Shown: piece after piece, positions 47,110 through 55,590 of the stretch
How positions within the stretch are numbered: the stretch's first letter is position 1
How the letters are laid out: each line of letters starts with the position of its first letter
Assembly: GCA_963732375.1 (NCBI GenBank)
Contig: CAVSZE010000008.1
Span: forward strand, 3,940-67,939
Length of the DNA stretch: 64,000 bases
Source: an uncultured Gammaproteobacteria bacterium
Lineage (GTDB): Bacteria > Pseudomonadota > Gammaproteobacteria > Steroidobacterales > Steroidobacteraceae
Direction of reading: 5' to 3'
Made by a program: the position numbers and the translations under genes
The notes under the pieces: model-generated
What the model was told of the DNA's origin: nothing
Seen by the model: only the letters and a program-made list of their open reading frames with translations
Database searches by the model: none

Positions 47110-48942
47110 TCAGTCGACCAGCCTGATCGGCGGCAATCCAGTGATGTGCATTGTCCCGTCCTCGATGTGGACGTCACCCTCGCTCCGGACCTCGTAGTCG
47201 AACCGATAGACGATCTCGGCCGTGCCAGTGGTGAGCGCGTGATCCCATCGCGCGGCCTGCCGCAGCGTGGTTTCATTGTGGTCGCGCCACTTTGCGAGCG
47301 CGGCGCTGCCGTGCCGCTGCTCGATCCAGTCCAGCGCGACGCGCGGTGAGGCGATCGTGGCGGTCGCATTGTTGCCGCCGAAGCCCTTCGAATTCAGGAA
47401 GGACACGTCCCACTCCGCGACCTCGCGTTGCAGCGGGTCTCGCGAGATCCGCAGGTGATCGCGTTCGACGTCCGCCGCGACAGCGTCGATGGTCGCGATC
47501 CCCGGCAGCACGCCATCGGTGAACACGCCGAGCGACGAGGCAAGCTGGTCGCCGCCGGCCGCCGCCATCGTGTGGCCGACGAAGCACTTGATCGCCGCCA
47601 CCGGCCAGTCCTCGATACCGAACGCACCGGCGACACCGTTCAGGATCTGCGACTCGGTGACGCGGTTCTGCGGCGTGCCCGTGCCGTGCGCCTGCACGAA
47701 GCTGCGGCGGCGCACCGATTCGTCGCCGTAGTCCCTCATGGCCCGCGCGACGGCCTTGGCGCAGGTGATGTAGTTGCCGATGCCCGGCGACGAGATCGAC
47801 TTCTTGTATCCGTCGGCGTGCACCAGCACGTCGGTGACCGCGCCATGGACTGTCGCGCCGAGTTCTACCGCCAGTGCATCGTCCATCAGCACCACGTACT
47901 GCGCGCCTTCGGCGATGGTGAATCCGCAGTTCTCCGCGAACGGGCGACACGCACGGCGCAGGTCCGGCTCGGTGCGCCCGAGGTGGCGGTCCAGTTCGAG
48001 CAGCGCCTGGTCCGTGCCCAGCGCGCCCATCGTCGAGAGGCCCTCGATGACGTCGGGACTGAGCGGGGCCTCGGCGCCGCCGACCAGCGCGACGCGGGAA
48101 CGCCCGGACTGGATGTCGAACATCCCGTGCCGGAGGTTGTAGAGAAACGTCGCGCAGGCGCCCATGTTGTGGCCTGTCGTGCCGACGCTGCCCAGCAGGT
48201 AGGCGTTGATGAAGTCAGCCGGCATCTCGGCCAGGCCCATCGGCACCTGCTTCGAAGTGGGGCGCATTCCGCGGTAGCGCGAGCCGAGCAGTCCGCCAGA
48301 GCCCTCCTGGTCGAGCTGGCCCAGGGCACTTCCCGCGTATACGCTGACCTTGTCCGGCGCCACGTGCCGCATCAGCGTGCTCCACGGGATGCCGAGCGAT
48401 CCAAGCGCGTCATTGGCGGCGAACAGCGCGATCTGTACCGCTCGCGGATGGCCGCGAGCCGGGTAGAGGGATTTTGGGTCAAATCCGGTGGGCAACTGGC
48501 CGGCCGCGCTTACCTCGAGCGGCCGCGTGACCGGGAACAGCACTTCGGCTCCGTCGTCGATGGTCACCTGTACACGACCGGCGGCGGCCGGGCCGGCTGA
48601 CCAACCGTCCGGCAGCGGCTGCGGCAGGTCGCGTTGCGCGATGTCGAAGGTGATTGGTCCGCGTCCGTCGGCCAGTCGGGCCCTGCAATTCCAGGCTGCC
48701 TTGCCGGCGTCGAGAAAATCGGGATCAAGGCCGCGTATCAGCGTGTGCTCGAGGATATGACGACGCTTTGCGTCGTCGAGCTCGCCCTCGATCCCCATCA
48801 GCCCTGCCAGTGCCCGGAACGTCTCATCCGCGGCGCCCGTTTCCAGCGCGTCGATGATGGTCCGGCGATAGCCGTGGTGTGCGGAACTCCGGCCCGCTGC
48901 GTTGATGCCGCCGAAGCCCGCGATGACTGCCAGGGGTTTCAT
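47110..48942 (-). CDS. fabY: Stand-alone 610-aa beta-ketoacyl synthase, FabY-like
   Basis: N-terminus MKPLAVIAGFGGINAAGRSSAHHGYRR resembles what I recall of P. aeruginosa FabY. Cys-His-His triad context: GACATF, QAHGTGTPQN, FVGHTMAAAG. No ACP or other fab genes are adjacent. Confidence 0.6.
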   Translation of the reverse strand: MKPLAVIAGFGGINAAGRSSAHHGYRRTIIDALETGAADETFRALAGLMGIEGELDDAKRRHILEHTLIRGLDPDFLDAGKAAWNCRARLADGRGPITFDIAQRDLPQPLPDGWSAGPAAAGRVQVTIDDGAEVLFPVTRPLEVSAAGQLPTGFDPKSLYPARGHPRAVQIALFAANDALGSLGIPWSTLMRHVAPDKVSVYAGSALGQLDQEGSGGLLGSRYRGMRPTSKQVPMGLAEMPADFINAYLLGSVGTTGHNMGACATFLYNLRHGMFDIQSGRSRVALVGGAEAPLSPDVIEGLSTMGALGTDQALLELDRHLGRTEPDLRRACRPFAENCGFTIAEGAQYVVLMDDALAVELGATVHGAVTDVLVHADGYKKSISSPGIGNYITCAKAVARAMRDYGDESVRRRSFVQAHGTGTPQNRVTESQILNGVAGAFGIEDWPVAAIKCFVGHTMAAAGGDQLASSLGVFTDGVLPGIATIDAVAADVERDHLRISRDPLQREVAEWDVSFLNSKGFGGNNATATIASPRVALDWIEQRHGSAALAKWRDHNETTLRQAARWDHALTTGTAEIVYRFDYEVRSEGDVHIEDGTMHITGLPPIRLVD

Positions 48943-49013
48943 CAGGAGGCCCTCGAGGCGCGCGGCCAGGATCGATTCAGAAAGAGTCCTAGATTCGGGA
49001 ATCCTAACAGCGA

Positions 49014-49034
49014 AACGGCCCCATTGGGGCCGTT
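49014..49034 (-). terminator. Hairpin downstream of the RRM protein gene
   Basis: Perfect 9-bp stem AACGGCCCC / GGGGCCGTT with a 3-nt loop. Confidence 0.5.
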
Positions 49035-49102
49035 CGCATCACGCCGGTCCGCCGCGGAAACCCGCTGTGGACCGGCGATCCAGACCCGCTACTGCGGGAC
49101 TG

Positions 49103-49369
49103 TTACCAGGCGCGGCGCGGACGGTCGGTCTTGGCCTGGGCCTCGTTGACCTTCAGCGCACGTCCGTCCATCTGGTGACCATTGAGGTTCTGGATGGCGC
49201 GGGCGGCGTCGGCGTTCGGCATCTCCACGAAACCGAAGCCACGCGGCTGCCCGGTGTCACGGTCGGTGATGATGGCGACGGACTCGACAGTGCCATGCGT
49301 CGCAAACAGGGTGCGAACGGCGGCTTCGTCGGCCGAAAAAGGAAGGTTACCTACGTAGATCTTGCTCAT
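49103..49369 (-). CDS. RRM-type RNA-binding protein (88 aa)
   Basis: RNP2 KIYVGNL and RNP1 RGFGFVEM. ATG at 49369. Confidence 0.9.
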   Translation of the reverse strand: MSKIYVGNLPFSADEAAVRTLFATHGTVESVAIITDRDTGQPRGFGFVEMPNADAARAIQNLNGHQMDGRALKVNEAQAKTDRPRRAW

Positions 49370-49795
49370 TGAAATTACTCTCTGCAGAAGGCCCGTGAGA
49401 CCGTGCCCAGATGGGCGGATCGGTTCCCGGGCGGGGAACAAGGCATTCGGGGCTGCGCGACTGACATCCCCGGCCAAGGCTCAGGACGACCACAGACGCG
49501 TGGCAACGGTGCCACGTGGATCAGAAACTCTTCGGCCTGGTACTGGGGCTGGATGGCGCCGGGTTGGCGCTCTTGCCCGAAACATAGAAGGAGAAGGGTG
49601 ACTACCCGGGCGCGACTATACACGCAACCGGAACGGCGCGTAGGCCTATTTCCTGTTATTGTGCGCGCGCCGCCTGACGTCGTCGTCAGCTGAAGCGCAA
49701 CCAGGGCCCCCTCGAGCCCGCACGCCACTGGCGTCCCGAGCCCTGCGCTTCCGTTCATCTCACAGTCAACGGCACCCCCGCTGGTTATCAAGGTG

Positions 49796-50071
49796 ATGCG
49801 CTTGGCCAAGGAAGAACTGATCGACATGCAGGGCACCGTGAGCCAGGTGCTGCCGGATACTCGTTTCCTGGTCACGCTCGAGAACGGCGTCGAAGTTACC
49901 GCCTACCTGTCGGGGAAGATGCGCAAGCACCGTATCCGGATCCTTGCCGGCGACAAGGTGACGCTCGAGATGTCGCCTTACGATCTCACCAAGGGCCGCA
50001 TCAATTTCCGCCACAAGGACGAGCGCCCGCAGTCGGCTTCGTCGAGGCCGAACTTCTTCCGCAGGCGCTGA
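49796..50071 (+). CDS. infA: Translation initiation factor IF-1 with a basic C-terminal extension
   Basis: [70 protein letters not shown] is an S1-fold IF-1. A TTG at 49802 would give the canonical MAKE N-terminus and better spacing from AAGGTGA. Confidence 0.85.
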   Translation: MRLAKEELIDMQGTVSQVLPDTRFLVTLENGVEVTAYLSGKMRKHRIRILAGDKVTLEMSPYDLTKGRINFRHKDERPQSASSRPNFFRRR

Positions 50072-50138
50072 TCGGAGGAAATCCTGCCTTCGCCAGCGGC
50101 GCCCCTGTCGCCGATGTGCGCCTCGACGGTCGTGTACC

Positions 50139-50441
50139 TCAAGGCTTGGGCAAATTCGCCGCAGTTGCCGGCCCGCGACTGAGTCGCTCCGCCATTCGCG
50201 TCTGCCAGCCCGGACCCGTCGCCCGCCACCTTTCTATTACCCGCGCCGGCAAGCGAAGCGTTATCAGCTTTCGCGGACTGGGAGATTTTGGTCGGCCGCC
50301 CTTGTTTACCACTGCCCGAGCGAGCATCTCATCCGTGAGGGCCGGCAATTCTGCGTATTCGCCGCGTCGGATCTTATGGGTGTCAACTTTCGCCATGTCT
50401 GACTTCAAAGTACCGCGCGAGCCGTTCTTTCTCACGGTCAT
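50139..50441 (-). CDS. brnA: BrnA-family antitoxin
   Basis: GGRPKSPSPRKLITLRLPARVIERWRATGPGWQTRMAERL is the BrnA C-terminal signature. Overlaps the brnT 3' end. Confidence 0.75.
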   Translation of the reverse strand: MTVRKNGSRGTLKSDMAKVDTHKIRRGEYAELPALTDEMLARAVVNKGGRPKSPSPRKLITLRLPARVIERWRATGPGWQTRMAERLSRGPATAANLPKP

Positions 50442-50673
50442 TGGCTTTCCTCATGCTGAATACGTGTCGAGCCCTTTCACGCGGAGTGTACCCAACGACC
50501 ACCAAACGCCCGGACAAGAGCCCGTAGCAGATGATCCGGCGCTCTCCGTATTCCCTGCGCTTGTCTTCAACCTCCACGGTCGTGCCTGCAAACACGCTAG
50601 CGGCATCATTGAAGTCAAGGCCACGATCGGCCAAGGTGCGTGTCCGCTTCGTCGGATCGAAGGTTATGCGCAC
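50383..50673 (-). CDS. brnT: BrnT-family toxin (DUF497)
   Basis: (V/M)RITFDPTKRTRTLADRGLDFNDAASVF...RRIICYGLLSGRLVVVGYTPRE..RHVFSMRKANDRE. GTG start at 50673. Confidence 0.75.
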   Translation of the reverse strand: MRITFDPTKRTRTLADRGLDFNDAASVFAGTTVEVEDKRREYGERRIICYGLLSGRLVVVGYTPRERARHVFSMRKANDREKERLARYFEVRHGES

Positions 50674-50678
50674 AGGTT

Positions 50679-50707
50679 ACTGTAGTTACATTAACTGCTA
50701 GTGACAA
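50679..50707 (-). promoter_or_regulatory. Sigma-70-like promoter of brnTA, placed so that the mRNA would be nearly leaderless
   Basis: Reverse strand: TTGTCA, 17 nt, TACAGT, then aacct, then the GTG start. No Shine-Dalgarno. Local AT-rich patch with a GTAAC direct repeat. Confidence 0.45.
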
Positions 50708-50837
50708 GATCGAATTCAGCCCCAAGACTGATGTCCGTGGGCGTCGAAGTCGACGTGCGAACCTGGCCGGATTGACGACTTTCACTACTGGAGGCGAGCG
50801 GGCGCGTCCTCGCCAACGACGAATGCCCCCCGTCGCT

Positions 50838-50848
50838 GGGGGGGGGGG
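50838..50848. repeat. 11-nt G homopolymer in the brnT / nmrA-like intergenic region
   Basis: ctGGGGGGGGGGGcgaac, read directly. About 140 nt upstream of the GTG at 50989. Confidence 0.95.
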
Positions 50849-50988
50849 CGAACAGGGGCGGCGCGCGCTACCGTCATCGTGGCCGGCGGCGAGTACTTTT
50901 CTTCTCGGCCGTCCGGTTCATTCACGTACCGAGGACCTCGGCAGAATGAGGCCCCGCACACCGGCACATCTACATCAAAGGAAGTCCC

Positions 50989-51960
50989 GTGGCTAACAAG
51001 ACAGTAACTGTTTTTGGCGCGACCGGCGTCGCCGGCATCGCCTGTGTCAATGAGTTCATCCGTCAGGGCACCTTCGACGTCCGCGTGCTCGCGCGGAAGC
51101 CCGGGCAGTCGGAGCGGTCGTCGTCGGGAATGACGAAAAGCGAGGCACAAAAGCAGTCCCAGTACGAGGAATGGACAGGCAAGGGCGTGACCGTCAGGCA
51201 CGTCGACGTCACCATCGCCGAGGAACTGGTTCCGGCGCTGCAGGGGACGGACTACCTGGTCTCATGCGTCCCGCTCTACGCCACGGAGTCGCAGTATCCC
51301 TTGATCTTCGCTGCCAGGGAGGCAGGCGTCGAACGCTTCGTTCCATCGGAATTTGGTGCGATCTACGAGTTCGAGCAGTTCTGGCAGACCAGCACGACGC
51401 ATCGCCTGATGGCGCGCCAGAAAGCGTTCATCCGCCGGACCATCGAAATGGCCGGCATGGATTTCACGATCATTCCCGCCGGCGCATGGATCGAGTACTA
51501 CATGATGGAGCCGGTCCTCGTGATGGGCGATCCCGATACGAAGATAGCGTGGTCAACAGGTGCCGACGTTGGACGCATTATCCCGCACGTGCTGGCGCAC
51601 CCTGCGTCCCGCAATGCGATTTGTCCGGTGGCGACAACCGCCTGGTACTCCTGGAACGAACTGCTGGCGGCGCGGGAGCAGGCCCTGGGACGCAAGGTCG
51701 AGCGCGTTCATTGGACCCCCGAGCAATGGCGTGCGGCCTACGCCCAGCAGCCGCCCGGCGCCATCCAGACGCTGTTGGCTATCGGTGTCGCGGTCGTCGA
51801 CACGCCGGCTGGCATGTCACTGTTCGGCAACTGGAACCAGACATTCATACCCGGGTTCAAGGGAACGCCGCTCGATGAATTGTTCCCGAAAACGATCGAA
51901 CCGTTCGTCGCGGCCATGCGCGCCGGCCTGATCGCCTCGGGCGAACTGCCCGCAGGCTGA
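50989..51960 (+). CDS. NmrA-like / isoflavone-reductase-like NAD(P)-binding protein
   Basis: GTG start after AAAGGAAG. Rossmann motif VTVFGATGVAGIACV. Family-typical length of 323 aa. Confidence 0.75.
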   Translation: MANKTVTVFGATGVAGIACVNEFIRQGTFDVRVLARKPGQSERSSSGMTKSEAQKQSQYEEWTGKGVTVRHVDVTIAEELVPALQGTDYLVSCVPLYATESQYPLIFAAREAGVERFVPSEFGAIYEFEQFWQTSTTHRLMARQKAFIRRTIEMAGMDFTIIPAGAWIEYYMMEPVLVMGDPDTKIAWSTGADVGRIIPHVLAHPASRNAICPVATTAWYSWNELLAAREQALGRKVERVHWTPEQWRAAYAQQPPGAIQTLLAIGVAVVDTPAGMSLFGNWNQTFIPGFKGTPLDELFPKTIEPFVAAMRAGLIASGELPAG

Positions 51961-52021
51961 AGCGGCTTGGCCATCATCCAGCACACCAGCGAGTCGACAC
52001 GCCCCGGTTGTCCCGCGGTGC

Positions 52022-52852
52022 CTAGGCCATGTGGTCCTCGTGGCACATCAGGCATTCCATGTGCCCCTGCTGGTTCCACTTGCGCGCCTTCTGCAGCGTC
52101 AGGTCGGGCCCGTGGCAACGCACGCAGTGCTCGGTCTCCTCGGATGGTTTCCAGGCGGGCGGGGTCCAGTTCCCGGCAAAGAACTCGTTCATGGCCATCG
52201 TCACCGTGTAGGTGACTTCGCCCGCCACCTTCGCGCAGCGTTCTATCTTGTCCTCGGACTTGATCGTCGCGCCGGCGGCGACAACCCACTTCGAGACCGA
52301 GGTGTGGCACAGCGGTGACATGGCTTTCGCCTTGACCTGGTTCGGCTTCGGTGACATGTCATCGAACCGGGTGGGCGGGAAGTCCTGCTCGGCGTACCAC
52401 CAGAACAGCCGGTCGATGATCTGGTTGTTCTGCTGGTAAGGTTCGCGCTTCTCGCCGAACGTGACCATGTTGATGATGGTGGACGCGCCGGCGAGCGCCC
52501 CGCAGAGCGTGCCGTGACCGCCGAAACCCGCGGCCGCATGCGCCATCATCATGTCGGGCATGGTCGTCCACGGATAGCCGACTTTCTCCTTCAGCAGGCT
52601 GAGCAGGCTCAGGTACGAGGCCGTACCGCAGCCGCCTTTCTCCTTGTAGTAGGTGTAGGCGCGCCGGCCGGCCTCGAGCGGATCGAGCTTGACCCATTTC
52701 CACGGCAGCGGCGGCGCGTCTGCCTGCGCGTTCGGCGCGGCTGCAAGCGCCGTCAGCCCGGCTCCAATACCGCCGCCCGCGAGCAGAGTCGCGGAGCCGG
52801 CGAGCACGTTGCGACGGGATACCAGGTGTTCGTTGGGGATCTGCGGGTTCAT
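52022..52852 (-). CDS. Tat-signal C_GCAxxG_C_C-family protein with two C-terminal CXXCH haem motifs (split-Soret cytochrome c-like)
   Basis: SRRNVLAGSATLLAGG twin-arginine signal. Four family cysteines (GGCGTAS, LCGALAG, LCHTS, ERCAK). CVRCH and CLMCH near the C-terminus. Confidence 0.65.
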   Translation of the reverse strand: MNPQIPNEHLVSRRNVLAGSATLLAGGGIGAGLTALAAAPNAQADAPPLPWKWVKLDPLEAGRRAYTYYKEKGGCGTASYLSLLSLLKEKVGYPWTTMPDMMMAHAAAGFGGHGTLCGALAGASTIINMVTFGEKREPYQQNNQIIDRLFWWYAEQDFPPTRFDDMSPKPNQVKAKAMSPLCHTSVSKWVVAAGATIKSEDKIERCAKVAGEVTYTVTMAMNEFFAGNWTPPAWKPSEETEHCVRCHGPDLTLQKARKWNQQGHMECLMCHEDHMA

Positions 52853-53069
52853 GGCGGCCTCCTGCCGAAGCGGCGGGACGCGGTCGCAGAATCCGGCCGC
52901 GGTTTCCCTGCTGCGGCCCGCACATTCTGACCCGGCGACTGCCGCAGCCGGGCTGCGAGATATGCCTAGTCCGTCGCGGATTGCGCGGCGCGGTGCGGTT
53001 AAAGCTTCGAACCTGAGGGGATCAACATGCAGGTAACTGGCGCTCTTGAAGGCCGTTGAATCCGTGGGC

Positions 53070-54143
53070 TTATCTCTGCCCGTCAGGTTCTTGCGCTAGC
53101 CGACGTGCTTCGTCATGTCTCCATCGGGCCGGCGTGGTTCCGCTCCAGCGCCGGAATGCGCGCGTGAAGGCACTCGCATCGGCGTAGTCGAGCGCCTCGG
53201 CGACCTGGCTCACGTGCATCGAGGTCATCTGCAGCAAGCGCTGGGCGATCTCGAAGCGACCTTCGTCGACCAGGGTCTTGAAGCTGGTGTCGAATGCATC
53301 GAGGTGACGGATCAGTGTGCGCCTGTGCATTGAGAAGAGCGCGGCAACCTGCTCCGCGCTGGCGTGACCGGTCAGCAGCCCGGTTCGCAGCACACGTTGC
53401 ACCTGCTCGGGGAAAGTGTCGCCCTGCTGGGCCGCGAGCGCGTCGACCTGGCGCCGCAGCAGCTGGTCCAGCTCGGGGTCGACTTCGGGAAGGCGGTGCT
53501 TCAGCCACCTGGCGGGGAACACGATCGCGTTCTGCGGTGTGTCGAAGCGCAGCGGCGCCCGGAAGACCTGGCGGAACGGCCTGATTTCCGCCGGCCGGCT
53601 GTGGGCAAACTGAACCTCGGTGGGTCGCCAGCCGGGGCCGCAGAGCGCGAGCAGCATGTTGTTGAAGACAGCTAGAGCGCCATCGAAGATCTGTTCCTGG
53701 CCTTTGGCGCCCGGCCGCTGGATGTCGTGCTGGAAGCCGAAGGTGATCGCTGCCGAGCCGCCAACTGTCACGCAGGCCACGACGGCGCCGCTGTTGTGAA
53801 GGGGTATGTAAGCCGCGAGCTTGCGCAGCGCCGTTTCGACGTCGGGCGAGTATCTCGCCACCAGGCCTACCAGGCCGAAGGAATGCAGGCCGCCCCGCTG
53901 GCCGACCATGAGCCCGAAGTGCTGGCAGCCTGTCATTTCAGCGCAGCGTTGCAGAAGACGCAGCAGCGACGAAAGCGGTATCAGGTTTTCAGGATCATCG
54001 AACAGGCCGGGAGCGAGTCGCAGGTCCGCAAGGACCCGGGGCGGATCCAGGCCGAAGCTCCGGAGGACCGTCGGAATAGCCGCTGAGCCGCCGACGCGGA
54101 CGGTCGGGTTCCGGACCTGTCGGTTTGCCGTGTGTCGATACAT
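53070..54143 (-). CDS. AraC-family transcriptional regulator (N-terminal ligand domain plus C-terminal double HTH)
   Basis: C-terminus VSQVAEALDYADASAFTRAFRRWSGTTPARWR. The N-terminal region resembles the OruR/ArgR-type arabinose-binding-like domain. Confidence 0.85.
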   Translation of the reverse strand: MYRHTANRQVRNPTVRVGGSAAIPTVLRSFGLDPPRVLADLRLAPGLFDDPENLIPLSSLLRLLQRCAEMTGCQHFGLMVGQRGGLHSFGLVGLVARYSPDVETALRKLAAYIPLHNSGAVVACVTVGGSAAITFGFQHDIQRPGAKGQEQIFDGALAVFNNMLLALCGPGWRPTEVQFAHSRPAEIRPFRQVFRAPLRFDTPQNAIVFPARWLKHRLPEVDPELDQLLRRQVDALAAQQGDTFPEQVQRVLRTGLLTGHASAEQVAALFSMHRRTLIRHLDAFDTSFKTLVDEGRFEIAQRLLQMTSMHVSQVAEALDYADASAFTRAFRRWSGTTPARWRHDEARRLAQEPDGQR

Positions 54144-54190
54144 GTCCCCGGTATACCTACTTAGCTGGCGCGAACAAGACGAAATGAACG

Positions 54191-54218
54191 TGTCTCAGAA
54201 TATCCAATTAATGTCTCA
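54191..54218. promoter_or_regulatory. Direct repeat TGTCTCA spaced 21 bp; candidate AraC-type operator
   Basis: TGTCTCA at 54191-54197 and 54212-54218, in an AT-rich patch of the divergent AraC / porin intergenic region. Confidence 0.4.
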
Positions 54219-54337
54219 TATTGTCCAGCGCCGGGCCATCCTGCCTGTTTCAATAACACCCAAGTGTGTCGTTGCCATACGGCCCGCCGTCCGGCTGCTT
54301 TCGTATCAGCACGATCCAGATATCAAGGAGACTCAAA

Positions 54338-55573
54338 ATGGAGACGATCGTGAATACCCGAGTGCGAATTCTCGCCCGGGCGGTGAGCATTGCGTTGCTG
54401 TCGGCAGGCGCCGCGGCCACGTCGCAAGCCGCAGACACCGACAAGTCTTTCGACATATATGGGTTTGCCCAGGCCGACGCCATCTACGACTTCGGGCGCA
54501 TGAACCCGGACTGGCAGGATGCGTTCCGTCCGTCGAAGATCGCCAACCCGGAGGGCATCTACGGCAGCAACGGCGATTCGAGCGTGTCGGTCAAGCAGAG
54601 CCGATTCGGCGTCAAGGGCACGATGCCGACGGCCGACGGCCACGACCCGATCACGTTCAAGTTCGAGTTCGACCTGTTCGGCGTCGGCTCGGATGCCGGG
54701 CAAACGACGTTCAGGCTGCGCCACGCGTACGGCGAGTGGGGCTCGCTGCTGGCCGGACAGACCAACAGCATCTTCATGGACATCGATGTGTTCCCGAACA
54801 CGATCGATTACTGGGGTCCTAATGGAATGGTGTTCTGGCGCAACGTGCAGATCCGCTGGACGCCGTGGAAGACCGAGCACAGTTCCTTCGCGGTGGGGAT
54901 CGAGGAACCGACCAACGACATCGACACGGGCCAGATCCGCGAGTTCGACCCCACGCTGGGCGAGAATATCCAGAGCCATACCACGGTGCCGAACCTGGCG
55001 GCGCACTGGAACACGGCCGGGGACTGGGGCCACGTGCAGGTCGCGGGAATCCTCCGTGACCTCGGCTACGACACCAAGGGCACGGTGAACAACAAGCCGA
55101 AGGGCAGTGTGACGGGCTGGGGCGTGAACCTGAGCGGCACGATCAATGTGTTCGAGAAGGACAAGATCCTGCTGCAGTACGTGTACGGCCACGGCATCGC
55201 CAGCTACATGAACGATGGCGGCATGGATATGTCGGCCAAGGGTCGCCTGCCGACCGAGACCGATCCCGGCAACGTAAGTCCCGAGGCGATCCCGCTGACG
55301 GGCATCGTCGCCTATTACGATCACTACTGGAACAACGAGTTCTCGACGTCGTTCGGCTACAGCACGACATTCGTGGACAACTCCAGCCTGCAGTACCCGG
55401 ACACATACAAGAAGGGCCAGTACGCTTCGGCGAACCTGCTCTACACGCCGGTACCCAACGTGATGATCGGAGGCGAGTTTTTGTGGGGCGACCTCGAGTA
55501 CAAGGACGGCTCGACGCAGGACGACAGTCGTGTCCAGTTCTCGGTCAAGTACAGCTGGGGCAAAACGTTCTGA
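54338..55573 (+). CDS. Outer-membrane porin (DcaP-like beta-barrel)
   Basis: ATG after AAGGAG. Signal peptide ending SQA. Alternating beta-strand pattern. C-terminal ...VQFSVKYSWGKTF with a terminal Phe. Confidence 0.7.
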   Translation: METIVNTRVRILARAVSIALLSAGAAATSQAADTDKSFDIYGFAQADAIYDFGRMNPDWQDAFRPSKIANPEGIYGSNGDSSVSVKQSRFGVKGTMPTADGHDPITFKFEFDLFGVGSDAGQTTFRLRHAYGEWGSLLAGQTNSIFMDIDVFPNTIDYWGPNGMVFWRNVQIRWTPWKTEHSSFAVGIEEPTNDIDTGQIREFDPTLGENIQSHTTVPNLAAHWNTAGDWGHVQVAGILRDLGYDTKGTVNNKPKGSVTGWGVNLSGTINVFEKDKILLQYVYGHGIASYMNDGGMDMSAKGRLPTETDPGNVSPEAIPLTGIVAYYDHYWNNEFSTSFGYSTTFVDNSSLQYPDTYKKGQYASANLLYTPVPNVMIGGEFLWGDLEYKDGSTQDDSRVQFSVKYSWGKTF

Positions 55574-55590
55574 TTACCGGAGAAGGAAAG

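Noticed and set aside
47428-48600. 390-aa forward ORF
   Set aside because: Antisense shadow of the FabY-like ketoacyl synthase. The sequence is low complexity and Arg-rich.
50640-51201. ORFs 50640-50996 (+) and 50785-51201 (-) in the brnT / nmrA-like gap
   Set aside because: No RBS and no motifs. One contains the G11 tract, and the other overlaps the well-supported NmrA-like gene in antisense.
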